From: Alphaproteobacteria bacterium
Lineage (GTDB): Bacteria > Pseudomonadota > Alphaproteobacteria > JAJUGE01
Length of the DNA stretch: 64,000 nt
Reading direction: 5' to 3'
NCBI GenBank assembly: GCA_029268305.1
Contig: JAJUGE010000005.1
Span: forward strand, 28,969 to 92,968
Shown here: piece after piece, positions 26,333 to 35,006 of the stretch
Layout of the letters: each line of letters begins with the position of its first letter
Numbering within the stretch: the first letter of the stretch is position 1
Made by a program: the position numbers and the translations under genes
The notes under the pieces: model-generated
Database searches by the model: none
Told to the model about the DNA's origin: nothing
Seen by the model: only the letters and a program-made list of their open reading frames with translations

Positions 26333-27030
26333 GGAGCAACACCATGTGGTCCGCAGCAGGGGCAGGCCGTCGTGCCCGCAGGTTTTTCGGCGATCGCAGC
26401 GGAATCGGCGCGGTGGAGTTCGCGTTCGTGGCGCCCGTCATCATCATGCTCATCCTCGCCACGACCGAGCTCGGGCAGTACATCCTCAAGAGCCAGAGCC
26501 TGGGGATGGCGGCCGGCCGCGTCGGCGACCTCGTAACGCGGGAAGAGGGCTTGTCTCGCGAACAGGTGCTCGAGTATGCCGGAGCAATCAAGCAAATCAT
26601 CGGCAGCGACGACTTCGAGCCGAATGGCCGGGTGATCGTCTCCGCGGTCACGGGCCTAGGCCCGAACGCGCACCGGGTCGCATGGCAGGTCAGCGGAGGA
26701 GGCGAGCTCGAGGCCACCAGCAGCATCGGTCGTCAGGGCGAGAGGGCCAGCCTGCCGGACAATGTCACGATCGGCGAGGGCGAGACGCTGATCGCGGTCG
26801 AGCTCTTCTATTATTACGAAGGCCTGTTCAGCGGCATGTACGAGAACCTATTCGGTAACGGCTTGACCCCTGTCGGCGTTCTCCGCAAGACGGCTTGGTT
26901 CCGCGGTCGCAAGACCGATCTCGAGCAACTCTGCGTCAATGGAAATCCCGGCACCGGCAACAACGGCAATTGCGGCAACGTGAACAATCCGGGCAACACG
27001 GGCGCTCACAACGGGCAGGCTCACAGCTGA
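26329..27030 (+). CDS. TadE-like pseudopilin family protein with an Asn/Gly-rich C-terminal tail
   Basis: ATG at 26329 overlaps the preceding stop as ATGA. It has the TadE motif GIGAVEFAFVAPVIIMLILATTELG. The tail reads CVNGNPGTGNNGNCGNVNNPGNTGAHNGQAHS. Confidence 0.75.
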   Translation: MRSNTMWSAAGAGRRARRFFGDRSGIGAVEFAFVAPVIIMLILATTELGQYILKSQSLGMAAGRVGDLVTREEGLSREQVLEYAGAIKQIIGSDDFEPNGRVIVSAVTGLGPNAHRVAWQVSGGGELEATSSIGRQGERASLPDNVTIGEGETLIAVELFYYYEGLFSGMYENLFGNGLTPVGVLRKTAWFRGRKTDLEQLCVNGNPGTGNNGNCGNVNNPGNTGAHNGQAHS

Positions 27031-27127
27031 GGCTGGCTCGACTGCCATTCACCTCCAGCATCGGCGGCACCGTCGACCAGATGGTGTCGCCGATGCTGAT
27101 TTCGCACTTGCGTGGGGCCCAAGGGCC

Positions 27128-27682
27128 TCAATACGGCCGGCGCCGGGAAGGCGGCCGAAGACGCTTCTGCCGACAGGCTCGGGTAAACGCAGCGCCGACT
27201 GCAAGGCCCAGTCCCAGCCCGACAAATCCAGCAGCGACTCCGCTTCGGGAAAGGGCATGTTCCCACCCAGGTGCCAGCTTTCTGGGCAGAATGCCATAGT
27301 CGAGCACCGCGGCAGCCGCCGCTACGACGCTGGCGGCTCCGAGGAGCTCTGCGCCCTCCAGTCGTGATCGGCGGGCCCAGAACTCGAACGGGAGAGCCCA
27401 GAAAACTGCCGATGCATGATGCGTCGCGTAGCCGACGCCAGTGTGGGTAACGTCGACAGTCCGACGCCGCCCGGCGGCGGGACCGTGCAGCCAGTGACTG
27501 GTGGCATTGACCGGCTGGAGCGGCCCTTTGCCCTCGACGCACGCGCCCGTAGAGAGGATCGCGCCGCTCACGACGCTCGCGATCGTGCCGGTGATGGCGG
27601 CGGAGATCACCGCATCACCGAGCGATTCGCGCACCCCGGATGCTCGGTCGGGAAGGAACGGGTCGGAGCGGGGATATGGCAA
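27128..27682 (-). CDS. Hypothetical integral membrane protein (start uncertain: TTG 27682 or GTG 27634)
   Basis: Only the 3' third of track ORF 27128..28279(-) looks coding, with hydrophobic helices (AVISAAITGTIASVVSGAIL, AELLGAASVVAAAAAVL, VAAGFVGLGLGLAVGAAF). TTG at 27682 is preceded by GGAGA with a 6-nt spacer. The upstream part of the ORF overlaps the DUF169 gene off-frame. Confidence 0.4.
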   Translation of the reverse strand: MPYPRSDPFLPDRASGVRESLGDAVISAAITGTIASVVSGAILSTGACVEGKGPLQPVNATSHWLHGPAAGRRRTVDVTHTGVGYATHHASAVFWALPFEFWARRSRLEGAELLGAASVVAAAAAVLDYGILPRKLAPGWEHALSRSGVAAGFVGLGLGLAVGAAFTRACRQKRLRPPSRRRPY

Positions 27683-27810
27683 GGCACGTCTCCACTTCTG
27701 CTGGCGAAGTTTTCGCCACAGCCGCAACCCTCGTGTACCCCACAGGTTCCGCCGGGGGATCCGAAACACAAGGCAGCGGCTTGCCGCCCCCGGGGTAGGT
27801 CTTTGAATGC

Positions 27811-28599
27811 TCAGCCGTAGCTGCGAGCCATGCCTTCCGACGGATCGGCGTGAGCGCCATAGGGCGGGATCGGGTAGCGCAGTCCGACCCTGCTCAATCC
27901 TTCGAGCCCCTCGATGCCGCGCGCGAACTCCTCCGGTGGCATCGCGACCAGCATCTCGTCGTCGGCAACGCCCCCGTAGCGACGCTCGGCGTAGCAAGGG
28001 ATGGAGATCGACGTCTCGCGCGTGAGTAACGCCTTTCCCCAGGAATCGGCACAGGCGCTCTCGCCGGTGATCGACACATCGTAGCGGCGATAGCGCTTCC
28101 ACTGCAGTCCGTTGACGAAGAGGATGATCTGCCCCGGCGTGCCGTAGAACAGCACGATATCCGGGGGATCGAGTCGGCCGGCGCGGAGCGGCGAAACCAC
28201 CGTGCCGACATATTTGCCATAAACCTGGCGCGGCATCTGCGCCTGATGCGCGTGCGCCGCCTCGATGTTCTGGAACCAAACCCCATTCATGTGCTCACCC
28301 GACAGGGTCCCCTCGTCAGGCAAATCGATGCCCATGACGCCGCCGCAATTGCTGTGGGGCCGCACGTTCTCCGAGGTGATGCCGAGGGTGAAGCCGGCCA
28401 TCCGGCTCTGCGTCACGAGCTGGCAGGTGGTGTGAAAGCGCCCCGGCTTCGGACGGCGCAGGCCCGGCACCTTCTCCATCTCCTCGAGGCTTTCATATTG
28501 CTTCATGCCGATCGGCAACGTCCGGATCTTGAGGTATTCGACGAGTTTGCCTGCGAGTTCCTTCAGCTCGGCGGCGCCGACAGTTCCTGACTCCGACAT
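27811..28599 (-). CDS. DUF169-like protein
   Basis: ATG at 28599 is preceded by GGAGGA (complement of 28604..28609). The product MSESGTVGAAELKELAGKLVEYLKIRTLPIGMKQY...TTCQLVTQSRMAGFTLG...NCGGVMGI matches my recollection of the DUF169 pattern (PxxxK, CQ, conserved Cys). Confidence 0.65.
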   Translation of the reverse strand: MSESGTVGAAELKELAGKLVEYLKIRTLPIGMKQYESLEEMEKVPGLRRPKPGRFHTTCQLVTQSRMAGFTLGITSENVRPHSNCGGVMGIDLPDEGTLSGEHMNGVWFQNIEAAHAHQAQMPRQVYGKYVGTVVSPLRAGRLDPPDIVLFYGTPGQIILFVNGLQWKRYRRYDVSITGESACADSWGKALLTRETSISIPCYAERRYGGVADDEMLVAMPPEEFARGIEGLEGLSRVGLRYPIPPYGAHADPSEGMARSYG

Positions 28600-28729
28600 C
28601 GCTTCCTCCGTTTGTTCTGCTATCGGGTAGTCTAGCGTGAACTCGGGGGTTGCGGCGATGAAGCTGCTCCCGCTTGCGTCTTGCGCAGAAGACCTGCGGA
28701 TGGCTACGGTCCGCACACGCTCCGCAGAT

Positions 28730-28816
28730 GCCCGCTTGGCGGAACCGGTAGACGCAACGGACTTAAAATCCGTAGCTCGTAAGAGCGTGGGGGTTCGAGT
28801 CCCCCAGCGGGCACCA
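28730..28816 (+). tRNA. tRNA-Leu (anticodon UAA), class II with long variable arm, CCA encoded
   Basis: I folded it by hand and all arms pair. Acceptor: GCCCGCT/AGCGGGC. D arm: GCG..CGC. Anticodon stem ACGGA/TCCGT with loop CTTAAAA (anticodon TAA). Variable arm: GCTC-GTAA-GAGC. T arm: GGGGG-TTCGAGT-CCCCC. It ends with discriminator A and CCA. Length 87 nt. Confidence 0.92.
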
Positions 28817-28917
28817 GCCGGTTCAGATGGCTCGATATAGCCTGCTCGGGCAGGTTATGATGACCCGCACCGGCCGCCTGCTCCAGGCGCCGGGGAGCAG
28901 GGCAGGTGGAGGCGCCG

Positions 28918-29739
28918 ATGGTTGCACTATCGCAGGAACCGGCCCCGAAAGCCGATGCACGACCGCAGGGCAGTCCCGCCGAGATTCGTCAGGCGATCAG
29001 GCGTGGGCTCTACGACGGGCCGACCGGCGGCTTGGCCATGGGGTATGTGCAAGCCAACCTCTGCATCCTTCCGGCAGACTACGCCGACGATTTCCTGCGC
29101 TATTGCCAGCGGAACCCGAAGCCTTGCCCGCTGCTCGCAGTGACCGAGGTCGGAGACCCGACGTTGCCAGGCTGGGGGGACATCGATCTTCGCACCGACG
29201 TGCCGAAATACGACGTTTTCCGCGACGGTGAGTTCGTCGAGGACGTAACCGATCTGCTGTCGCTCTGGCGCGGCGACTTCGTCGCCTTCGTGCTCGGCTG
29301 CTCCTATTCGTTCGAGCAGGCGATCCTGGAGGCGGGCCTGAGGCTCCGGCACGTCGAGCTGGGCCGAGGGCCCTGCAGATACCGGTCCAGTCTCGAAACG
29401 GTCCCCGCGGGACCGTTTCGCGGTGGCATGGTGGTGACAATGCGGCCGTTCCGGCCGGCCGATGCCATCCGCGCCATTCAAGTCACCTCTCGGTTCCCGA
29501 TGGTGCATGGCGCACCGGTCCACATCGGCATGCCGCATCTCATCGGCATCAAGGATCTGGAGGCGCAATGCGACAGCGGGTTCTTGCCGATGGGCGACGA
29601 TGAGCTGCCGCTTTTCTGGGGCTGTGGCGTGACTCCTCAGGTGGCGGTTCAGGAGGCACGGGTGCCGATCTGCATCACGCATAAGCCGGCACACATGCTT
29701 GTCACCGATCGCTTGAACTCGAGCCTTTCCGTCTTCTGA
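28918..29739 (+). CDS. Putative hydro-lyase, UPF0317/DUF1445 family (D-glutamate-cyclase-like)
   Basis: ATG at 28918 follows GGAGG. It has the family-typical segments YVQANLCILPADYADDFLRYCQRNPKPCPLLAV, FVLGCSYSFE, MVVTMRPF, HGAPVHIG and FWGCGVTPQ. Confidence 0.8.
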   Translation: MVALSQEPAPKADARPQGSPAEIRQAIRRGLYDGPTGGLAMGYVQANLCILPADYADDFLRYCQRNPKPCPLLAVTEVGDPTLPGWGDIDLRTDVPKYDVFRDGEFVEDVTDLLSLWRGDFVAFVLGCSYSFEQAILEAGLRLRHVELGRGPCRYRSSLETVPAGPFRGGMVVTMRPFRPADAIRAIQVTSRFPMVHGAPVHIGMPHLIGIKDLEAQCDSGFLPMGDDELPLFWGCGVTPQVAVQEARVPICITHKPAHMLVTDRLNSSLSVF

Positions 29740-29751
29740 CGCCGGGTCGCC

Positions 29752-31944
29752 TCACAGGGTTACGGTGACTTCCACATCTCCGCTCCGGCGGAGCACGTTC
29801 ACGGCGACATCGCTGCCGGCGCGGCGCAGTTGGACATCGACCACACCATTCCCGAGGCGCAGATTGCGGATCCGCACTTCGTCGAGGCTTTCGGGCAGGC
29901 GGGGCCGATCGAAGCGGATAGTTCTCGTCGTATAATCGAAGCCGAGGCCGAGCACTGCCTGCAGCAGCGCGAAAGGTGTGGCGCTCGCCCACGCTTGCGG
30001 CGAGCAGGCGACGGGGTATAGGGTCGGCCCGCTCGACGGGACCCTGCGGAAGCCGCAGAACAGCTCCGGCAGTCTTCGCAGATCCATATTGGCGGCCGCA
30101 TCGAACAGACCTTCGAGGATCTGCAGGGCTTCGTTCTTGAAGCCGTACCGCGCCAACCCAAGTGCGATCAAGGCGTTATCGTGGGGCCACACCGACCCGT
30201 TGTGATAAGACATCGGGTTGTAGCGGGCCTCGCCGGCGGCAAGCGTACGCACGCCGAATCCACTGAAGAACGCCGGTGACAGGATCGCCCTGGCAATCCG
30301 TGCGGCACGCTCGGGATGGGGCAACCCCGTCCATAACAGCTGAGCGGCGTTGGAGCTGCGCACGGCGCATGCTCGTTTTTCACCGTCCAGCGCCAGCGCG
30401 TAGAAGTCGAGATCGTCGGACCAGAACCGCTCCTCGACCGCAGCCCGTAACGCTTCCGCCTGTTCCGTCCGCAAGGCTGCTTCTTCGGACCTGCCGAGGG
30501 CGCGAGCGATCCGCGCTGCTGCCCTGAAGGCGGCGTAAACGTACCCCTGGACTTCGACCAAGGCGATCGGTCCAGCCGCCAGCTCACCGTCGGCATGGAA
30601 GACCGAATCGTGGGAGTCCTTCCAGCCCTGGTTGACGAGGCCGCCGTCCCGGCTGCGGGCATATTCGACGAAGCGATCGCCGTCGCGGTCACCGAACTGT
30701 TCGATCCACCGCAGCGCGCGCTGGATATTCTCGTCGAGACTCCGGATGGTCCCCAGGTCGCCCGTGCGCTCCAGATAGGCCCCGGCCAGCAGAACGAATA
30801 GCGGCGTTGCGTCGATCGTGCCGTAATAGCGACGAAACGGTACCACCCCGAGCCGAGCCAGTTCGCCGTCGCGCGTCTCGTGGAGAATCTTGCCGGGCTC
30901 GGCATCGGCTTCAGGATCGGTCGTCGTCGCCTGGTTGGCAGCCAGAAACCGGAGGACCCCCCGCGCGAGCGCAGGATCTACCCAGAGCATCTGCATCGCG
31001 GTGATCAGGCCATCGCGCCCGAAGGCGGTGCTGAACCATGGAACCCCCGCATAAGGGTAGGCGCCGTTGCCGGTGTCGGTGACCAGCATGCTGAGATCCG
31101 CCATCGAGCGGCAAAGGACCTCGTTCATGATCTCGTTCGAGGTGTCGATCCCCGCGGTGCGGGCCGCCACCTGTCGCAGAGGGCGCCTCGCGTGCTTCAG
31201 ACCATTGAAAAAGCCGAGGCCGGGCCCGCTCGGCGCGAGTTGATCGCCGTATTCAATCGTCAGGAAAAGGGACTCTTGCCGATTGTGCGGAAGCGCCAAT
31301 CGGTAGCGCGCTTCGGTGGTGCTGAGATGGTCGGGCAGTGAGTCGAAGCGTAGCGTGGTCTTTCGCGTCTGCCCGTCCTGCCCCGAGTAGGCGATGTACA
31401 CGTTGCGCCCGTCCTCGACGAAGCTCGTTATCTCGCCGCGCTCTTGGCGGGTAAAGCCACGCGCCTCGAAGATGTCCGCGAAGTCGGCGGCGAAGGCCAG
31501 ATCGAGATCGACTTCGATCGGGTCGATCCCGAAATTGCGCAGCGCGAGCCGCTCGAACAGTCGCCCCTCCCAAAGGAAACGCGTTCGCCACACGTGCAAC
31601 ACGTCTCTGGGGAGAACCAGTTCACCGTTCTCGATGACGTCCTGGTTCGTGAGGTGAACGGTCAGCGCCGCATTGTTGCTGAGCAGATTGGAGCTGAGGA
31701 GGAGCGGCGGGCAGCCCGCCAGCAGAAGCTGGAAGCCCGACAGATGTCTGGTATCACGGTAATAGAGGCCGTGAGCCTCCACATTCGGAAGGATGTCGCC
31801 GTGATGATCGAAGACGCCGAAAGCGTCGCCGTGCTTTAGAATTCTCGGCCGACTCTCGGCCATCGATGTGCTGGCTCGGATGAAATAGCGCGTTTCCCGG
31901 GGATGTGGTGCAGCCAGCACCAATGGTGCATCGGATGAGTTCAC
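29752..31944 (-). CDS. Amylo-alpha-1,6-glucosidase family protein (bacterial glycogen-debranching-like; N-terminal GDE_N-type domain plus six-hairpin glycosidase domain)
   Basis: Track ORF of 730 aa with a GTG start after GGAGGAG. It has the N-terminal ILKHGDAFGVFDHHGDI... and later GVPWFSTAFGRDGLITA and SYHNGSVWPHDN, which are typical of this family. Confidence 0.8.
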   Translation of the reverse strand: MNSSDAPLVLAAPHPRETRYFIRASTSMAESRPRILKHGDAFGVFDHHGDILPNVEAHGLYYRDTRHLSGFQLLLAGCPPLLLSSNLLSNNAALTVHLTNQDVIENGELVLPRDVLHVWRTRFLWEGRLFERLALRNFGIDPIEVDLDLAFAADFADIFEARGFTRQERGEITSFVEDGRNVYIAYSGQDGQTRKTTLRFDSLPDHLSTTEARYRLALPHNRQESLFLTIEYGDQLAPSGPGLGFFNGLKHARRPLRQVAARTAGIDTSNEIMNEVLCRSMADLSMLVTDTGNGAYPYAGVPWFSTAFGRDGLITAMQMLWVDPALARGVLRFLAANQATTTDPEADAEPGKILHETRDGELARLGVVPFRRYYGTIDATPLFVLLAGAYLERTGDLGTIRSLDENIQRALRWIEQFGDRDGDRFVEYARSRDGGLVNQGWKDSHDSVFHADGELAAGPIALVEVQGYVYAAFRAAARIARALGRSEEAALRTEQAEALRAAVEERFWSDDLDFYALALDGEKRACAVRSSNAAQLLWTGLPHPERAARIARAILSPAFFSGFGVRTLAAGEARYNPMSYHNGSVWPHDNALIALGLARYGFKNEALQILEGLFDAAANMDLRRLPELFCGFRRVPSSGPTLYPVACSPQAWASATPFALLQAVLGLGFDYTTRTIRFDRPRLPESLDEVRIRNLRLGNGVVDVQLRRAGSDVAVNVLRRSGDVEVTVTL

Positions 31945-32010
31945 GGCTCCTCCATTCGTCGGCCGGGTGGGGCGCCCGATCTCCGCGCGGGCGCCCTCAA
32001 GATACTTGGA

Positions 32011-33168
32011 TCAAAAGAGTGGGCCCGTGGGCTCCTGTCGCTCGGGCACGGAATCGGGCACTATGATCGGACTGCTTCCATTCGAGTGCACCCCGATCGA
32101 AGCGGCTCGCGGCAACTTTACTGTCGCCACCTGCCGTTCGTCGGCGGCGACGATCTGTTCATACAAGCGGAGGTAGGATCGCGCCATTGCGCGGGCCGAG
32201 AACCTTGCTTCGAACACCTCCCGGATGCGATGCCGATCCAGCTGGCCGACCTCACGTACGGCCATTGCCGCCTCTTCGATGTCTCGTGCGATCAGGCCGG
32301 TGACCCCATGCTCCACGATCTCGGGCACCGAGCCCCGCGGCGAGGCAATCACCGGCGTGCCACAGGCCATCGCCTCGATCATGACGAGGCCAAACGGCTC
32401 CGGCCAGTCGATCGGGAACACGAGTGCCAGTGCGTTACCGAGAAAATCGCTCTTGTCCGCATCGCTGATTTCGCCGACGAACTCCACCAGTGGATCGTTC
32501 AGCAGGGGCTCGATCCGCTCCCGGAAATAGGCTTCGTCCGCTCGATCGACCTTGGCTGCGATCTTGAGCCGGAGACCGGCCCTTCTGGCAATTTCGATGG
32601 CACGATCCGGGCCCTTTTCGGGAGCAATGCGGCCGAGGAACGCGAGGTAGTTACCCTCTGGATTCGGCTGGAAGCGGTACAGATCTTCTGGCAGGCCGTG
32701 ATAGACGGTATCAATGAAATTCGCGAACGCTACCGGGCGGCGCTGGTCGTTCGAGATCGAGACGAGCGGAAACTGTCTGAAACGAGCGAGAAAGGGCGGC
32801 ACATCCTTGATGTCCTGACGACCGTGGAGCGTCGTGATCGTCCGATGCGCCATATCGCGGAAAAGCGGCATGTGCAGACAGTCAGTGTGGAAGTGCAACA
32901 CGTCGAACCGGTCTGCCTGCTCGCGCACTTCCTCAAGCATTGCGAGGTGCGCCGGTAGATCCCAGGACAGTTCGGAATCGAGCCGCAGGGCATGGTCACG
33001 GGCCGGAACGAGCCTCGCCGAAGTGCGGCTGTCGCCGCTGGCGAAAAGGGTCACATCATGGCCCAGGTCGATCAAGGATTCGGTGAGGTGATGAACAACC
33101 CGTTCGGTCCCGCCGTAGAGTCTGGGAGGTACGGATTCGTACAGGGGGGCTATTTGAGCAATCCGCAT
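32011..33168 (-). CDS. Glycosyltransferase family 4 (GT-B fold)
   Basis: The 385-aa product starts MRIAQIAPLYESVPPRLYGGTERVVHHL and has the C-terminal EPFGLVMIEAMACGTPVIA (E-x7-E region). Confidence 0.9.
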   Translation of the reverse strand: MRIAQIAPLYESVPPRLYGGTERVVHHLTESLIDLGHDVTLFASGDSRTSARLVPARDHALRLDSELSWDLPAHLAMLEEVREQADRFDVLHFHTDCLHMPLFRDMAHRTITTLHGRQDIKDVPPFLARFRQFPLVSISNDQRRPVAFANFIDTVYHGLPEDLYRFQPNPEGNYLAFLGRIAPEKGPDRAIEIARRAGLRLKIAAKVDRADEAYFRERIEPLLNDPLVEFVGEISDADKSDFLGNALALVFPIDWPEPFGLVMIEAMACGTPVIASPRGSVPEIVEHGVTGLIARDIEEAAMAVREVGQLDRHRIREVFEARFSARAMARSYLRLYEQIVAADERQVATVKLPRAASIGVHSNGSSPIIVPDSVPERQEPTGPLF

Positions 33169-33443
33169 GGGCGAATTCTCCGAAATCTAGGTCGATCGAA
33201 GTCGTCGCGCCCGGCTGTCCAGGCAGCGCCAACGTTTGGAAGGGGATAACACTTATATGGGGTTCGACTTCACCTTACACAAGCGGCCCCGGCATTCTCG
33301 TACGCAGCCCTGCGCCGACGTCATGCGGCCGGCTCGGCGCCGGTCCGCTCTCGACGGCATCCGCGAGCCGCTTGATCACCGCCAGGCCATTTGTCGCTTG
33401 TCCGCGGTAACTCGGCACGGCAAGGTTCGCTCACGTCCGCGGT

Positions 33444-34460
33444 ATGGAGACACAGATGACACGCACAGGGCGGCCGCTGATCGCGGTGCTGGGAGCGATT
33501 CTCGCAGGAACGGTAGCCATGTCTGCCGAAGCAGAGACATTCAGGCTTTCTCATAACACGAGCGACACGACCACCTGGCATCAGGGCTCGGAGAAGTTCA
33601 ACGAACTGCTGAAGGAGGCCACCGGCGGCGAGATGCAGGTCCGCATCTTCCCGAATGCGACCCTGGCGGGTGGTGACCAGATGAAACAGGCCGAGATGGT
33701 GGGCCGTGGTGCTCTCGATTTCGTCGTCACTTCGGCTATCAACGTCACGCCCATCGTCCCGGAGATGGCGGTGTTCTCGCTGCCGTATCTCTATTCATCC
33801 TATGAGGAAGTGGACGCGACGACCCAAGGCGCTCCCGCCGAGAAGATCGAGGCTCTCCTTGCCGAGCGGGACATCATCGTTCTCGCGTGGGGAGAGAACG
33901 GCTTCCGTGAAGTCACCAACAGTGTCCGCCCGATCCGCTCGCCGGACGACCTGCGGGGTCTGAAGATGCGCGTCGCGGGGCCAATGTACATAGACGTCAT
34001 GAACGCGTTGGGCGCGAACCCGCAACAGATGCAATGGGCCGAGACTTTCACCGCGCTGCAGCAAGGCGTGGTCGACGGACAGGAAAACCCGATCGGAGCC
34101 GTCATCATCCCGCAGCGCGTTTATGAAGTGCAGGACTATCTGACCACCTGGCACTATTCCTACGATCCGATCTTCCTCGCAGTCAGCCGCAAGCTGTGGG
34201 AGTCCTGGGACGAGGAGACCCAAACGAAGGTCCGGAATGCGGCGATCGAGGCGATGGACTTCCAGAAGAAGATCTCGCGCGAGGGAACGGCCCAGGGTAT
34301 CGAGTTCCTGCGCGGCAAGGGCATGGACGTCTATGAGCCCACGCCGGAAGAACTGGCGGCCTTTCGCGAGGCGACGAAGCCCGCTTTCGACAGCTGGGCA
34401 GAGAAGGTTGGCGCTGAGCTGGTTGCGACTTTCCAGGAGGCCATCGCGGCCGCGAACTGA
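33444..34460 (+). CDS. dctP: TRAP transporter substrate-binding protein (DctP family)
   Basis: The 338-aa product has a signal peptide ...AMSAEA and a DctP-like body. It is followed by dctQ and dctM. Confidence 0.9.
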   Translation: METQMTRTGRPLIAVLGAILAGTVAMSAEAETFRLSHNTSDTTTWHQGSEKFNELLKEATGGEMQVRIFPNATLAGGDQMKQAEMVGRGALDFVVTSAINVTPIVPEMAVFSLPYLYSSYEEVDATTQGAPAEKIEALLAERDIIVLAWGENGFREVTNSVRPIRSPDDLRGLKMRVAGPMYIDVMNALGANPQQMQWAETFTALQQGVVDGQENPIGAVIIPQRVYEVQDYLTTWHYSYDPIFLAVSRKLWESWDEETQTKVRNAAIEAMDFQKKISREGTAQGIEFLRGKGMDVYEPTPEELAAFREATKPAFDSWAEKVGAELVATFQEAIAAAN

Positions 34461-34523
34461 CCTCGGAATCGAAGTCGGAGCGGGGAGGGTGCCCCACCCG
34501 ATTTCGCCACAGGGCGACTTGCC

Positions 34524-35006
34524 TTGAAGGTCCTCCTGCGCGACGCCGAGAAGCTGATCTGCGTCGCCATCTTCGGCCTCATGACTCTAGTCGGCTTCGC
34601 CAACGTGGTGGTTCGATACCTCACCGACTACTCGTTGGCGGCGACCGAAGAGATTCTGACGAACGGCTTTCTCCTGCTCACCATCTTTGGGGCAGCGATC
34701 GCTGCCCGCCGGGGCGAGCATCTCGCCGTGAACGTCCTCTTCGACCTTGCGCCGGTATCCCTCCGGAAGGTCGTCCTCGTCATCTCCTTCTGCCTCTCTG
34801 CCGTGCTGCTGGCCCTGTCCGCCTGGTACTGCATCGAGCTCGTGGTGCACCAATATTCAAGCGGCACCCGTTCCTACGCGCTGCAGGTGCCGGGTTGGTA
34901 TTACAGCGTAGGGCTGCCCCTCGGGTTCGCACTGACCCTGATTCGGTACCTGCAGTGCGCGGTCGGCGAATATTCCCGCCTCTCGCGAGGATCCCCGGAT
35001 GCCTGA
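34524..35006 (+). CDS. dctQ: TRAP transporter small permease (DctQ family)
   Basis: The 160-aa product starts at TTG and has 4 TM helices. It lies between dctP and dctM. Confidence 0.8.
   Translation: MKVLLRDAEKLICVAIFGLMTLVGFANVVVRYLTDYSLAATEEILTNGFLLLTIFGAAIAARRGEHLAVNVLFDLAPVSLRKVVLVISFCLSAVLLALSAWYCIELVVHQYSSGTRSYALQVPGWYYSVGLPLGFALTLIRYLQCAVGEYSRLSRGSPDA

Noticed and set aside
27683-28279. Upstream two-thirds of the 383-aa ORF 27128..28279(-)
   Set aside because: It is Arg-rich nonsense. From 27811 onward it overlaps the DUF169 gene in another frame. Only the hydrophobic 3' part (27128..27682) was kept, at low confidence.
28730-33200. tRNA-Leu as the attachment site of a genomic island
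   Set aside because: There is no integrase or recombinase on either side. I noticed no direct repeat of the tRNA 3' end downstream. I also see no obvious compositional break apart from short AT-rich promoter regions.
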